DNA of 37,369 nt from Candidatus Omnitrophota bacterium (GCA_023248025.1 JAHFFI010000003.1:1-37369), one strand, 5' to 3'; counted from the first letter of the stretch, positions 8,378 to 17,245 are shown. The notes: generated from the letters alone by a model not told the origin. Numbers and translations are program-made.

Positions 8378-8648
8378 ACTGAGGTTTCACTAATTAATGG
8401 GCACACTGGAAGCCCTCTTTTTGGCTGGATGCAAGGCGTGACGACGAAGGTGTGTCCTCTGCGACACATCAAGGAGGAACAACGCGGCAGACGGCCAAAA
8501 AGAGAGCTTCCCCGAAGGGGCTGGCCGCTTTTGGGCTGTGCCTGCGTCATTCGTCGTTGGCATAGTTAACACTATGCCTCCTCCTCTTTCCTTGTCTCGC
8601 TTCAAAATCAGCTCAGCCAGTGTGCCCATTAATTAGTGAAGCCTCAGT
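8378..8648. mobile_element. Non-autonomous MITE/REP-doublet-like element
   Basis: 32-nt inverted repeats 8378-8409 and 8617-8648 (1 mismatch) enclose two inversely oriented related hairpin units joined by ccccgaagggg. TAATTA occurs at both 8391-8396 and 8630-8635. Confidence 0.75.
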
Positions 8649-9381
8649 AGGTACAAAAAAGTTCGTTTCTGCGTGCGAATGACAATAAAAAATTCCGGCT
8701 ATAACTCATCTGACTATTGTAGCAGAGAAGTGCTTCATATTTTTTTTTACGCTCCGCCGGCGATAGGTGGACAGTGAGCCAGTTTTTTTTATTCGTCCAT
8801 TTTTTAGGCGGCATTAAAAATTCTTCCGGTTTGTATCCTTTTGGATGTGGCCAATGAGAACTGTGGATGAGATAGGACAATACCTTTGGGACGAAAGACC
8901 CCCCTCCTTTTTCCAGCGCCGCCTGTATAAAATAACCAGCCGCTTGGTGGTCGGAGTGACGGTCAAAACCAGCCGGTGCCAAAATAAGGGTTGGATCAAA
9001 AAGAGCCATTTTGGCGGCCAACCCGTCAACCACATGCGCTCTTTTTTTTCTCCATAGGGCCATGAGCCCCAGGTCCGGATGCCCCAGAAAAACAAGGTCG
9101 CCGCGTTTCACGTCAAGCCCCTTCATGGCTTGTGTCGCCTCATTTTTCCGTCCATCGGCCATTTTGGCGCGTATCTTCCTGGTCATAATTGGTTTTTTGA
9201 GGTGAAAAATCCCGGCCAGCATATTGCCGTCCCCATGCGTCAGATAGATCACTTTGATCCGAGCGCCAGCGACACGCGCTTTTTGTATAATGCCGGCAGC
9301 CGCAAGCGCTTCGTCATCAGGATGTGCCGCTACGATGAGAACACGATCATTTTTTCTAAATACGAAAGTAACAGAGGTCAT
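8644..9381 (-). CDS. PIG-L/LmbE family deacetylase
   Basis: AAHPDDE, LTHGD, LGHPD, DRHSDHQ, SQ motifs. Confidence 0.9.
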   Translation of the reverse strand: MTSVTFVFRKNDRVLIVAAHPDDEALAAAGIIQKARVAGARIKVIYLTHGDGNMLAGIFHLKKPIMTRKIRAKMADGRKNEATQAMKGLDVKRGDLVFLGHPDLGLMALWRKKRAHVVDGLAAKMALFDPTLILAPAGFDRHSDHQAAGYFIQAALEKGGGSFVPKVLSYLIHSSHWPHPKGYKPEEFLMPPKKWTNKKNWLTVHLSPAERKKKYEALLCYNSQMSYSRNFLLSFARRNELFCTY

Positions 9382-11015
9382 AAAGTGGGCGTTCTCTGAA
9401 GCTTAATCAACACTCTAGTCGGGTGCTCGTGGAGTATTTCGATGCGGAAACGTGAATCTAATATCCTTTTCAAAAAATTCAGTTCTTTTAGCTTTAAAAA
9501 ACAAAAAAGTGGATATTCTTTTTGAGGGATCGCAAGAAAAGCCGTCTGATCGGAATAGATGGGAATGGCATGCCGGGTATAGAATGCACGGCGGCCGTTC
9601 TCTGAGACGACGGCTGCGCGGCTTTGACCGGAATAATAAGAAACGCCTCGCACATAGATTTTACTAGCCGCGATCGTAGTCCCGCCGGAGCTACGTGCGT
9701 CCTCGTTGTACCACTCAACCCATTTTCGGGAGGAAAAAATGACATCCACCATGGGCAGCATCCACGAATAGGCCAGCACCGCAAACCCCGCCATCATGAC
9801 CGTAAGACAGGCGATCATCACTCTGAGATGGCGTCGCCACAAACTAATAAAAGCCGCCCAGCTCAAAGGCACGAGCACACACCCGATCACAATAACCGGC
9901 CAAAAAACTTCAGGGGCACTTTTTTGGCTGTAAAGAAACGCCGAAACAACCAGTGCCGGCGGAAACACCCCCCAGACGGCAATGGCCCAAGGCCAGAGAG
10001 ACGCTTTTATTTTAGCGCCCATAGAAACGGCCCTGTAAAAACGCGCTCCCCACGCAGCCATCAAAATAGCCAGGACCGGATAAAGCGGAAACGTGTAACT
10101 CAGCAGTTTAGATTTAGCCATCATAAAAAACAGAAGTGGGAGCCAGAATCCCAGGGAGAGCTCGAAAAAAATTTTCTGAATACATGAACGGTTCCTTATG
10201 GCCTGCCGGATACCGTAAAAAAGCGTGGGTAAAATAAAAACACTCCACGGAAAAAATCCGCCCAGAAATCCCGCAGGATAAAAAAAGATACGGTCCATGC
10301 CCCTGTGCTCGGCAATAAAAAAACGCCGCACATTTTCATGGATAAAAAAATCATACAAAAAAGCTGTACCAAACCGCCAAACCATGTAGCCATACCACGG
10401 AACTGCCGTCAAAAAAAATACCCACAGTCCTTTAAAACGCTCCGTGCTTTTTTTTGTGAACATACTCATAAAAGGAATCATAAAACCCAACGGACCTTTG
10501 GTCAGAGACCCCAGCGCAGAAAAGAAAAAAGCGGCGCGTTCGCGGCCGAGACTCGAGAAGAACCAAGTGGCCGTCACAAAAAAACAAAACACCATGTCGG
10601 TCAGGACAACTCGCGTCATCACCACATATTCTGCCGCTGTGGCGAGGATAAGCGCCGCCAGGAAAGAGATCTGCTTATTACGAAAAAGTACTTGAGCCCA
10701 AGCATAGGTGAGAAATACCGTGATAAATCCGGCTAGGCACGGAGCCAGCCTTGCGGACCATTCGTGAAATCCGAAAGTTTTAAAACTGACCATTTCAAGC
10801 CAGTAAAAAAATATGGGTTTCTCAAACTGGGGTTCGCCGAATAAGGTTGGTACAAGCCAATTACCGGCAGTGAGCATCTCTTTGGACGTCAGGGCATAAA
10901 ACGGCTCATCGGGATCAAGCAGGCCATACGCGCCCAGTTTAAAGGCAAACAATCCTCCGCACAAAACGGCGAGAAATAATAGGGGTTTCCGGTGCTCTTT
11001 AAGTGCTGAAAGCAT
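9378..11015 (-). CDS. ArnT/GT83 (PMT_2)-family glycosyltransferase
   Basis: DPDEPFYA, FEKP, LTKGP, KSKLLSY; multiple TM segments. Confidence 0.88.
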   Translation of the reverse strand: MLSALKEHRKPLLFLAVLCGGLFAFKLGAYGLLDPDEPFYALTSKEMLTAGNWLVPTLFGEPQFEKPIFFYWLEMVSFKTFGFHEWSARLAPCLAGFITVFLTYAWAQVLFRNKQISFLAALILATAAEYVVMTRVVLTDMVFCFFVTATWFFSSLGRERAAFFFSALGSLTKGPLGFMIPFMSMFTKKSTERFKGLWVFFLTAVPWYGYMVWRFGTAFLYDFFIHENVRRFFIAEHRGMDRIFFYPAGFLGGFFPWSVFILPTLFYGIRQAIRNRSCIQKIFFELSLGFWLPLLFFMMAKSKLLSYTFPLYPVLAILMAAWGARFYRAVSMGAKIKASLWPWAIAVWGVFPPALVVSAFLYSQKSAPEVFWPVIVIGCVLVPLSWAAFISLWRRHLRVMIACLTVMMAGFAVLAYSWMLPMVDVIFSSRKWVEWYNEDARSSGGTTIAASKIYVRGVSYYSGQSRAAVVSENGRRAFYTRHAIPIYSDQTAFLAIPQKEYPLFCFLKLKELNFLKRILDSRFRIEILHEHPTRVLIKLQRTPTL

Positions 11016-11046
11016 AGACTTGGATTATACGTGGTATCATAATCTC

Positions 11047-12108
11047 ATGCCATTCCAAAACGCGCTCCTGAAATGGTTCCAAAAAAACCAGCGCCCCCTG
11101 CCCTGGCGGAAGCATTACCGTCCTTATGAAGTTTGGATCTCAGAAGTGATGCTCCAACAAACACAGGTCGAGACGGCACTTCCCTTTTATGAGCGCTGGC
11201 TCAAGACTTTTCCGGATATAAAATCCCTTGCGGCCACCGATGAAAAGAAAGTGTTAAAGCTTTGGGAGGGCTTAGGCTACTATTCACGCGCTCGAAACTT
11301 GCATCACACTGCTAAATTAATCGTTAAAAAATTTAAAGGCAAATTTCCCTCGGATTTTAATTCGATCCTTTCCTTAAAAGGGATCGGTCGCTATTCGGCA
11401 GGCGCCATCGCGTCCATCGCTTTCAATCAAGAGCGGCCGATAGTGGACGGTAATGTCCTACGCGTCCTTTCGCGCATTTACGCGATCGATAAACCCATTG
11501 ACGTACCGGCTAACCGCGAGATTTTTTGGGAATTGCAGGAAAAATTGATCCCTAAAGGACAGGCGCGAAATTTTAATCAGGCGCTGATGGAACTTGGCGC
11601 GCTTGTTTGCGCTAAAAATGATCCCGCCTGTCTTATCTGTCCCATCCGCTCGTTCTGTAAAGCAACTACATTAAAAAATCCTGAGGCATTTCCGACGAAA
11701 CAAAATAAAAAACAAATGGTTCGCGTCACGGCAGCTGCGGTGATTTTGCGGCAAAACGGAAAGTTTTTAATCGAGCGGCGGCCTGTGGGAAAAATCATGG
11801 GAGGACTGTGGGAATTCCCGGAATGGAAACTTGTTAAAAATAAAAAAATAGGTCCTCCGGAAATTCTAACTAAGACTGAAAAACTGGTCTCAGAAAAATT
11901 CAGTTACAAGTCCGGAGTTCTGAAACCTCTAGCCGTCATAAAGCGTAATTACACCCATCACCTGGAAGCGCTTCACGTGTTTGAAACAGTGGCGCCGCTC
12001 ATCAAACTGCCGCAGGATTCATGGCAACGCGCCTGGGTGAGCCAAAAAAATATTACGCAGTATCCCTTCTCCGCCGCCCACGCCAAAATCGCAAAATTAA
12101 TTCAATAA
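11047..12108 (+). CDS. mutY: A/G-specific adenine glycosylase
   Basis: LPWR, SEVMLQQTQV, WEGLGYYSRARN, HhH-GPD VDGNV, FeS loop C-x6-C-x2-C-x5-C, C-terminal GLWEFP. ATG 11047 preferred over TTG 11020. Confidence 0.96.
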   Translation: MPFQNALLKWFQKNQRPLPWRKHYRPYEVWISEVMLQQTQVETALPFYERWLKTFPDIKSLAATDEKKVLKLWEGLGYYSRARNLHHTAKLIVKKFKGKFPSDFNSILSLKGIGRYSAGAIASIAFNQERPIVDGNVLRVLSRIYAIDKPIDVPANREIFWELQEKLIPKGQARNFNQALMELGALVCAKNDPACLICPIRSFCKATTLKNPEAFPTKQNKKQMVRVTAAAVILRQNGKFLIERRPVGKIMGGLWEFPEWKLVKNKKIGPPEILTKTEKLVSEKFSYKSGVLKPLAVIKRNYTHHLEALHVFETVAPLIKLPQDSWQRAWVSQKNITQYPFSAAHAKIAKLIQ

Positions 12109-12111
12109 TCA

Positions 12112-12512
12112 TAACCTCCAGATAGTCCCGCCAGCTCTCGAGCATACCCATTGCTAGGTCCCGGACCCCGGAAGTGGCCCTTGGGGTCAGCGCTCGGATT
12201 TCCCCTCCGAGGAAATCTGTCGCTCGATTGTCGTTTGCTCGTGTGTGAAAGTGGGTTTCCATGGCTCGCAAACGACAAACGCGCCCCCAAGGGCCACTTC
12301 CGGGGTCCTAGACCATTCGCTAATGAGAGTTCTATTAAAACAAAGAGAACCCGACGGGTGGCAAAGGGCGAGGTCTATTTGCCCGGAGCCGCTAATAGAC
12401 GGCGAGTCCGCCAGAGGACGGATCCGTCCACAAATCGCTCGTGCGATTTGATGGCGGAGACAAATAGACCTTCCCCTTCGACAGGCCCTGCCGGTTACAT
12501 TTGTTGAATTAA
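12112..12512. repeat. Structured intergenic repeat, copy B (carries a 52-bp nested insertion)
   Basis: Perfect 24-bp stem 12163-12186/12285-12308. Collinear with copy A and in the same orientation. Confidence 0.9.
12407..12458. repeat. 52-bp palindromic insertion inside repeat copy B
   Basis: tccgcca...tggcgga closing stem encloses the palindrome ggacggatccgtcc and the hairpin caaatcgc-tcgt-gcgatttg. Absent from copy A. Confidence 0.85.
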
Positions 12513-12937
12513 GAGCAGTTTTTGCAGAAACCGAATAATTTGAGGCTGTGATAGACGATGTGAAATTTTTGTCGTGTGGCTTCCCGGTCTTGCAGCTTTT
12601 CGATGGCGTCATTCTCAAATTCGATGATGCGCCCGCAACGGATACAAACAAGGTGGTCATGATGCTTTCGCCCCTGAGACCGTTCGTAGACTTTTTTTCC
12701 TTCACCAAAATCCTGCTCTTCCAGGATATTACTTTCCTTTAATAAAGTGAGTGTGCGATAAACCGTTGCTTTGGAAATAGTCTTGTCTTTTTTCTTGGAA
12801 AGTTCGAGCAGCTTTTCCGCTGAAAAATGCCCCTGCGCTTCGATGGCCTGCCGCAAAATAGTCCGGCGCTGACTGGTTAGTTTAAGTGATTTTTTTTCTA
12901 AAAACTCTGTAAATGAAGCCTCAGCTTCTTTTATCAT
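12509..12937 (-). CDS. fur: Fur-family transcriptional regulator
   Basis: LTSQR, HFSAE, ATVYRTL, HHDHLVCIRCG, C-terminal CKNC. Last gene of an iron operon. Confidence 0.88.
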   Translation of the reverse strand: MIKEAEASFTEFLEKKSLKLTSQRRTILRQAIEAQGHFSAEKLLELSKKKDKTISKATVYRTLTLLKESNILEEQDFGEGKKVYERSQGRKHHDHLVCIRCGRIIEFENDAIEKLQDREATRQKFHIVYHSLKLFGFCKNCS

Positions 12938-13698
12938 TGGTGCGATTTTGCGTTCGCTTTTATAAATTTATCTTTTATCCACGCGATGGCAAGCCACACC
13001 CCGCACACGGCCACCATCCCGAGCGAGATCCAGCGGCCGTAGATGCCTTCCGGTGAATACGGCTCGGTCGCCACATGCCAAACCTCACTATTTGGCAATA
13101 CACCCGCTTCGCTAAATTCATGAAAAGAATACAAAAGAATCTGTAAAATAAAAAGCATCAGAAACAGCGCTGTAACCTGAAAAAAAAGTTTCAGATTGAT
13201 CAGGTGCCCCACACGCACCCAAACGAACGCCAGCGCAGCCGCAGCGGCCAGCCCCAAAATCATACCCGTGATGCGGCTTGGCTCATGCACCTGGATAAGG
13301 AGGAGTGCTGTTTCCATTCCTTCGCGCGTAATCATGAAAACGGTAAAAATAAATATTCCGGCAAACATGCCTTTTGCGTCCTGGGGAGCCGTGACGCGGG
13401 AAAGTTTTTTCTCCATGTCTTGTTTGAGATGAGGGGCCATGCGCCACATATGCACGACAAAAGCGCCGACGAGCACCGATGACGCGAGACCTAAAATACC
13501 TTCCCACAGAGGCTGGCTTGCGCCCTGCAATATCCAATATCCAAACGCCGTACTCGTCAAAAGGGACGCCGCGACGCCCCAATTGACAGCCGGCAAGAGA
13601 TGAGACCGGTTGGTTTTTCTTAAATATGCGAAAATAATCGCGACGATGAGGAAGGATTCAAAGCCTTCTCGCAATACAATGATGAACGCTTGCAGCAT
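12934..13698 (-). CDS. FTR1/EfeU-family iron permease
   Basis: Two RExxE motifs (REGFE, REGME); about 7 TM segments. Confidence 0.92.
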   Translation of the reverse strand: MLQAFIIVLREGFESFLIVAIIFAYLRKTNRSHLLPAVNWGVAASLLTSTAFGYWILQGASQPLWEGILGLASSVLVGAFVVHMWRMAPHLKQDMEKKLSRVTAPQDAKGMFAGIFIFTVFMITREGMETALLLIQVHEPSRITGMILGLAAAAALAFVWVRVGHLINLKLFFQVTALFLMLFILQILLYSFHEFSEAGVLPNSEVWHVATEPYSPEGIYGRWISLGMVAVCGVWLAIAWIKDKFIKANAKSHQ

Positions 13699-13700
13699 AT

Positions 13701-13976
13701 TTATTTTTTTCTTATCGTGTTTAAATAATCCGTAATTTGTCTGTAGTTTTCATCATCCAAGTGCGCCTTGTTCTTCATCTTACCCATCCATTTAGCCCAG
13801 GCTTCGTCATCGTACCGCTGCGGGTCGTAAAGCTTGTGACACTTGGCGCATTTAACGAGGTAAAGCTTCTTCCCAAACGCAAGCGCTTTTTCATCCGCTA
13901 AGGCCGGGTCAGCCCAAGCGAGGGCAAGCACCGCACAAAGCGAAAAAAAACCTAGAAACTGATACCGATGATGCAT
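13701..13976 (-). CDS. Small periplasmic monoheme cytochrome c
   Basis: Signal peptide, G-x-x-LY-x-x-x-CAKCH, candidate distal Met in WMGKM. Confidence 0.8.
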   Translation of the reverse strand: MHHRYQFLGFFSLCAVLALAWADPALADEKALAFGKKLYLVKCAKCHKLYDPQRYDDEAWAKWMGKMKNKAHLDDENYRQITDYLNTIRKK

Positions 13977-14797
13977 CGGACGTTGATGTATTCATGCTCG
14001 TCTAGCACAAAATCAGGCTCCCCGTCCGGATCGACATCCTGGTAATTCTTGCCATAGACCTGCGCCATCGCAGTGACCGAGATCCACCATTTTTCTGCAC
14101 GATAGGTAACCACCGGCCCGACAAAAAAAACAGTATGCGCCCAGTCATCATACTCCGGTATTTCGTTGTGATTACGAAATTCAACGCCAAGGTTCCAGTT
14201 TTTATTAAGTTGTTTAGTAATACCGAAAGTAAATTCGAGCTCGCCTTCGGTCTCATCATCCTCATCCGGCTCTTCCGCATCTTTCCACTCCGTCGCATGG
14301 GTCGCGTTGAAAGCCCATTTCCAATCCTGATTGGCGCCAAAACGCTGGCCCAAGATAATTTTCTCTTCCAGTTCAAATTCGCCGTTTCCCAGACGCGGCT
14401 CCAGATACAGTGACAGCCCGATTGGGTGCTCGGCGGGATTCAAAATCATCCATTTATTTTCCAGCGACACGCCGTCAAAGGAAAAATCATCCGTCTTCGT
14501 ATTGGTCGCGGGGTCCCGAAAATACTCGGACTTTTCGTTTAAATACAAAGACAGCGTGTAATAATCCGTCACGCCATATTCCAATTCCTGCCTTAGGTCC
14601 CAGCGCGTGTAGTGGTTCTGCCCCACTTCATCGTTTCGTATCGAGCGGAGCGTTGCCCACTGCTCGAATTCCAAACCTCCTTGAGGCATGGTTTCAGGCT
14701 CGTAGGTGTATGTGAAAAGCCGCTCATTGGCCTCCGCATTTATACACACGCCTGCCAGCATCACGGTCATCACTAGTTTTTTAATTAACGACATCAT
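13952..14797 (-). CDS. Outer-membrane beta-barrel protein (DUF6662-like) with acidic loops
   Basis: Signal peptide (AEA), FTYTYE...EFEQW, ELEYGVTD, amphipathic beta strands, C-terminal Phe (IGISF). Confidence 0.72.
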   Translation of the reverse strand: MMSLIKKLVMTVMLAGVCINAEANERLFTYTYEPETMPQGGLEFEQWATLRSIRNDEVGQNHYTRWDLRQELEYGVTDYYTLSLYLNEKSEYFRDPATNTKTDDFSFDGVSLENKWMILNPAEHPIGLSLYLEPRLGNGEFELEEKIILGQRFGANQDWKWAFNATHATEWKDAEEPDEDDETEGELEFTFGITKQLNKNWNLGVEFRNHNEIPEYDDWAHTVFFVGPVVTYRAEKWWISVTAMAQVYGKNYQDVDPDGEPDFVLDEHEYINVRCIIGISF

Positions 14798-14859
14798 TGC
14801 TTGCTCCTTACGGTCCTATTTCAATTTTTAGCTCGGTACTTCCTATTTCCCTGGCTTTT

Positions 14860-15237
14860 TTACGAATAAACTTGCAATCCTCCCCAATAACCAGCCAAAA
14901 ACAGCACCACGATACCGACCCACGCGCTCACAAGCTGAAGCGTCAAATTTTTCCGCGCCGTCTTCCATACAAATGCGCGCAAAGTGCTGATAACAAAAAA
15001 TACTGACGAGGCATAAAAATGTTGACGCGTCAAATCACCCATCTTGCCGAACCCGCCTGACGAACGATAGCCGCTGACCATCGCGGCACACAAAAAAATA
15101 TAAGCCGGCACAAAAAGATACAACGAAAAATCCAAATATTTATCATCGCCGCGAACCCGCCAGAGCGTAAGAAATACGCACTCCAGTATAAAAAACGCTA
15201 ACGGAAAATGCACCAGCACCGGATGCAGGGGAATCAT
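14860..15237 (-). CDS. DUF2231-like 4-TM membrane protein
   Basis: PLHPVLVHFPLA start, a further conserved His, and GYWGGLQVY end. Confidence 0.75.
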   Translation of the reverse strand: MIPLHPVLVHFPLAFFILECVFLTLWRVRGDDKYLDFSLYLFVPAYIFLCAAMVSGYRSSGGFGKMGDLTRQHFYASSVFFVISTLRAFVWKTARKNLTLQLVSAWVGIVVLFLAGYWGGLQVYS

Positions 15238-15377
15238 TTGTTGAGGACGAGCTTCCCCTGCTTCGTAATAAGCAGACGGTAGCTTTCTCCTGCATGACGA
15301 ATGATAACGGCCCGTTCATGGCCGAATATCTCCTCCGTATCAAGAATGCGCGGTGTTTGATTTGTGTCTTTACCCAT
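15234..15377 (-). CDS. hemP: Hemin uptake regulator HemP/HmuP family small protein (47 aa, not in ORF track)
   Basis: Manual translation MGKDTNQTPRILDTEEIFGHERAVIIRHAGESYRLLITKQGKLVLNK matches the HemP signature YxLxxTxxGKLxLxK. ATGA overlap with the next gene. Alternative start GTG 15383. Confidence 0.9.
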   Translation of the reverse strand: MGKDTNQTPRILDTEEIFGHERAVIIRHAGESYRLLITKQGKLVLNK

Positions 15378-15396
15378 CAGCACGGATCTTTTCCTT

Positions 15397-15436
15397 CAAT
15401 TGAGAATAAGTCTCAATTGAAATTGTATCTCAATTG
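15397..15436. promoter_or_regulatory. Two overlapping Fur-box-like palindromes
   Basis: caattgaga-ataag-tctcaattg (15397-15419) and caattgaaa-ttgta-tctcaattg (15414-15436), directly upstream of the hemP...FTR1-fur operon. Confidence 0.8.
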
Positions 15437-15475
15437 AACAGGGGCGTCAACTTTTCTTTTTCAGGGCTATCCGGT

Positions 15476-16726
15476 CTATAAGGACGTACGTACTTCCTTG
15501 ACCATTTTGGATGTGAACACCATTACAAGCAGCCTGCCGGCACAGGACAATAAAAAAAGTGCCAGATACGAATAACCTGACACGGTCGGAAGATGATGAA
15601 TCAGTGCGCCGCCGCATAATGCGCCGACGAATAACGCCGCGGTATTTGTCACATTAAAATAAGAAATACAGCGGATGCGTTTCTCGGGCGTCGTCGCCTC
15701 CATTATAAAATTTAAAACCAAAAGATTAAACCCGCCCCAGAAAGCTCCCGCTACCAGCTGCACAAAAAATAAATACACCAGGTTCCTCGAGGATATCCAG
15801 AAAATAGGAACGAGCGCTATGCCCCACCCCGCTATTTTTAGAACACGAATATTGCCGGAGCGATCCGCTGCATACCCCCATTGCTTCTGGAAAAAAAAGC
15901 CTGAGAACGCCGCCGTCGTCATCACCATCATGTACGCGACGTAGTCGAAATGCAAATCCTGCAATAAGAACACAGGTAAAAGAGGCGCTGAGATATTCAC
16001 CGCAAAGCTCATAAGCGATACAAACAGCACAAAACGCGCGAAATTGCGGTTGCGCATGCCTTTCACGAAATCCCAAAAACTAAAATAATCGTCATGCGTC
16101 GTGCGGCGGAAAGGCTCGGACATCCGGAGTAAGCACGTCCAGGCCATGAAACGGCATACCATGGCAAAAACGAAGATGATCGTAAATCCGACGATACGGT
16201 TTTTTCCATAATAATTAAGCAGAAACCCCGCCGCGATGGACACCGATACAGTGAGAAATCCCTGCAGCCGGTTACGCCATCCGAAATAATGCCCTCTTTT
16301 TTTTACCGGAATATAATCCGACATGAGACTCTGCCAGGCCGGCACCGCAAATGCACCGAACGATGTAAAAACGGTAGCGGCGGCCAGAAGTATCCAGGGC
16401 CCGAGCGGTCTTCCGCTATTCGAGGACAATAGATAAGGAATAAAAATGATGGGAAGCCAGGCAACGGCATGAAAAAAAACAACGAAATTAATGAGCTTGA
16501 GGCGTGAACCGATATGGGCGGTAACTTCTGCGGAACGGATCTGAAGAACGGCGCCGACAAGCGCCGGTACGGATGCCAGGAATGCGACCTGCCCCGGCGT
16601 CGCTCCGAGCGCTATGCCGTAAGGCACAAGATAACTTTCGCTGACGCCCATCATCATCGCCGTGAAAAGACCGTCAACGAGAGAGAAATGCAGGCTCCTG
16701 CGAACCGAGCCTTTTTTAAATTTCAC
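15476..16726 (-). CDS. MFS transporter
   Basis: About 12 TM segments, WGYAADRSG motif-A-like loop, WQSLMSDYIP..KRG.YFG.R. Confidence 0.85.
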   Translation of the reverse strand: MKFKKGSVRRSLHFSLVDGLFTAMMMGVSESYLVPYGIALGATPGQVAFLASVPALVGAVLQIRSAEVTAHIGSRLKLINFVVFFHAVAWLPIIFIPYLLSSNSGRPLGPWILLAAATVFTSFGAFAVPAWQSLMSDYIPVKKRGHYFGWRNRLQGFLTVSVSIAAGFLLNYYGKNRIVGFTIIFVFAMVCRFMAWTCLLRMSEPFRRTTHDDYFSFWDFVKGMRNRNFARFVLFVSLMSFAVNISAPLLPVFLLQDLHFDYVAYMMVMTTAAFSGFFFQKQWGYAADRSGNIRVLKIAGWGIALVPIFWISSRNLVYLFFVQLVAGAFWGGFNLLVLNFIMEATTPEKRIRCISYFNVTNTAALFVGALCGGALIHHLPTVSGYSYLALFLLSCAGRLLVMVFTSKMVKEVRTSL

Positions 16727-16732
16727 AACTGG

Positions 16733-17245
16733 CTACGACTGCAGCGCTTTTTCGACGTCGGACTCGAGGTCGCGAGTGAAGCCGTGATATTGGCCGATGA
16801 TCTTGCCTTGAGAATTCATGAGATAGGTGGTCGGTATCCCCACCACGCGGTAACTTTCGCTAACCTTCATTTCGCTGTCCAACACCACGGGGTAGTTGAT
16901 GCCGAATTTTTCTACAAAATTGCCGACTTTCGTCGGTGATTCCCCCACGTCCACGCCCAGTATGGTTAGGCCTCTGTCTTTGTCTTTAGCCTGAAGCGCA
17001 ATAAGATCGGGTATCTCTTCACGGCACGGGGGACACCAGGTAGCCCAGAAATTCACGAGCACGGCTTTATTCTTTTGTAAAAGACCGTCGAGACTCACGC
17101 TGGCGCCGGTCACGTCTTTCAGTGTAAAATTATTCGATGGGGCTGATGATCCGGATCTATTCACACTGTCAGCGTCAGCGCATCCCGTGGTCATAAAAGC
17201 GCTGATAAATAACAGCACCGTGATGGTTCTTACTGCAAATTTCAT
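16733..17245 (-). CDS. TlpA/ResA-family thiol-disulfide reductase (lipoprotein)
   Basis: NFWATWCPPC, cis-Pro GIPT, lipobox TTGC. Start ATG 17245 overlaps the ccdA stop (ATGA). Confidence 0.9.
   Translation of the reverse strand: MKFAVRTITVLLFISAFMTTGCADADSVNRSGSSAPSNNFTLKDVTGASVSLDGLLQKNKAVLVNFWATWCPPCREEIPDLIALQAKDKDRGLTILGVDVGESPTKVGNFVEKFGINYPVVLDSEMKVSESYRVVGIPTTYLMNSQGKIIGQYHGFTRDLESDVEKALQS

Noticed and set aside
8320-8629. ORFs 8320-8550 and 8390-8629
   Set aside because: They lie largely or wholly within the palindromic element and have no protein-like features.
8324-8648. Cobalamin or other riboswitch upstream of the DUF6580 transporter
   Set aside because: I could not find B12-box or other riboswitch consensus. 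A promoter lies between the element and the gene, and the structure is symmetric like a MITE. An Rfam scan would settle it.
6487-12512. CRISPR array or autonomous IS explanation for the repeats
   Set aside because: There is no regular repeat-spacer periodicity, no cas gene and no transposase ORF in the window.
15143-15343. 66-aa ORF from the track
   Set aside because: It is the wrong frame; the overlapping 15234-15377 frame encodes a clear HemP.
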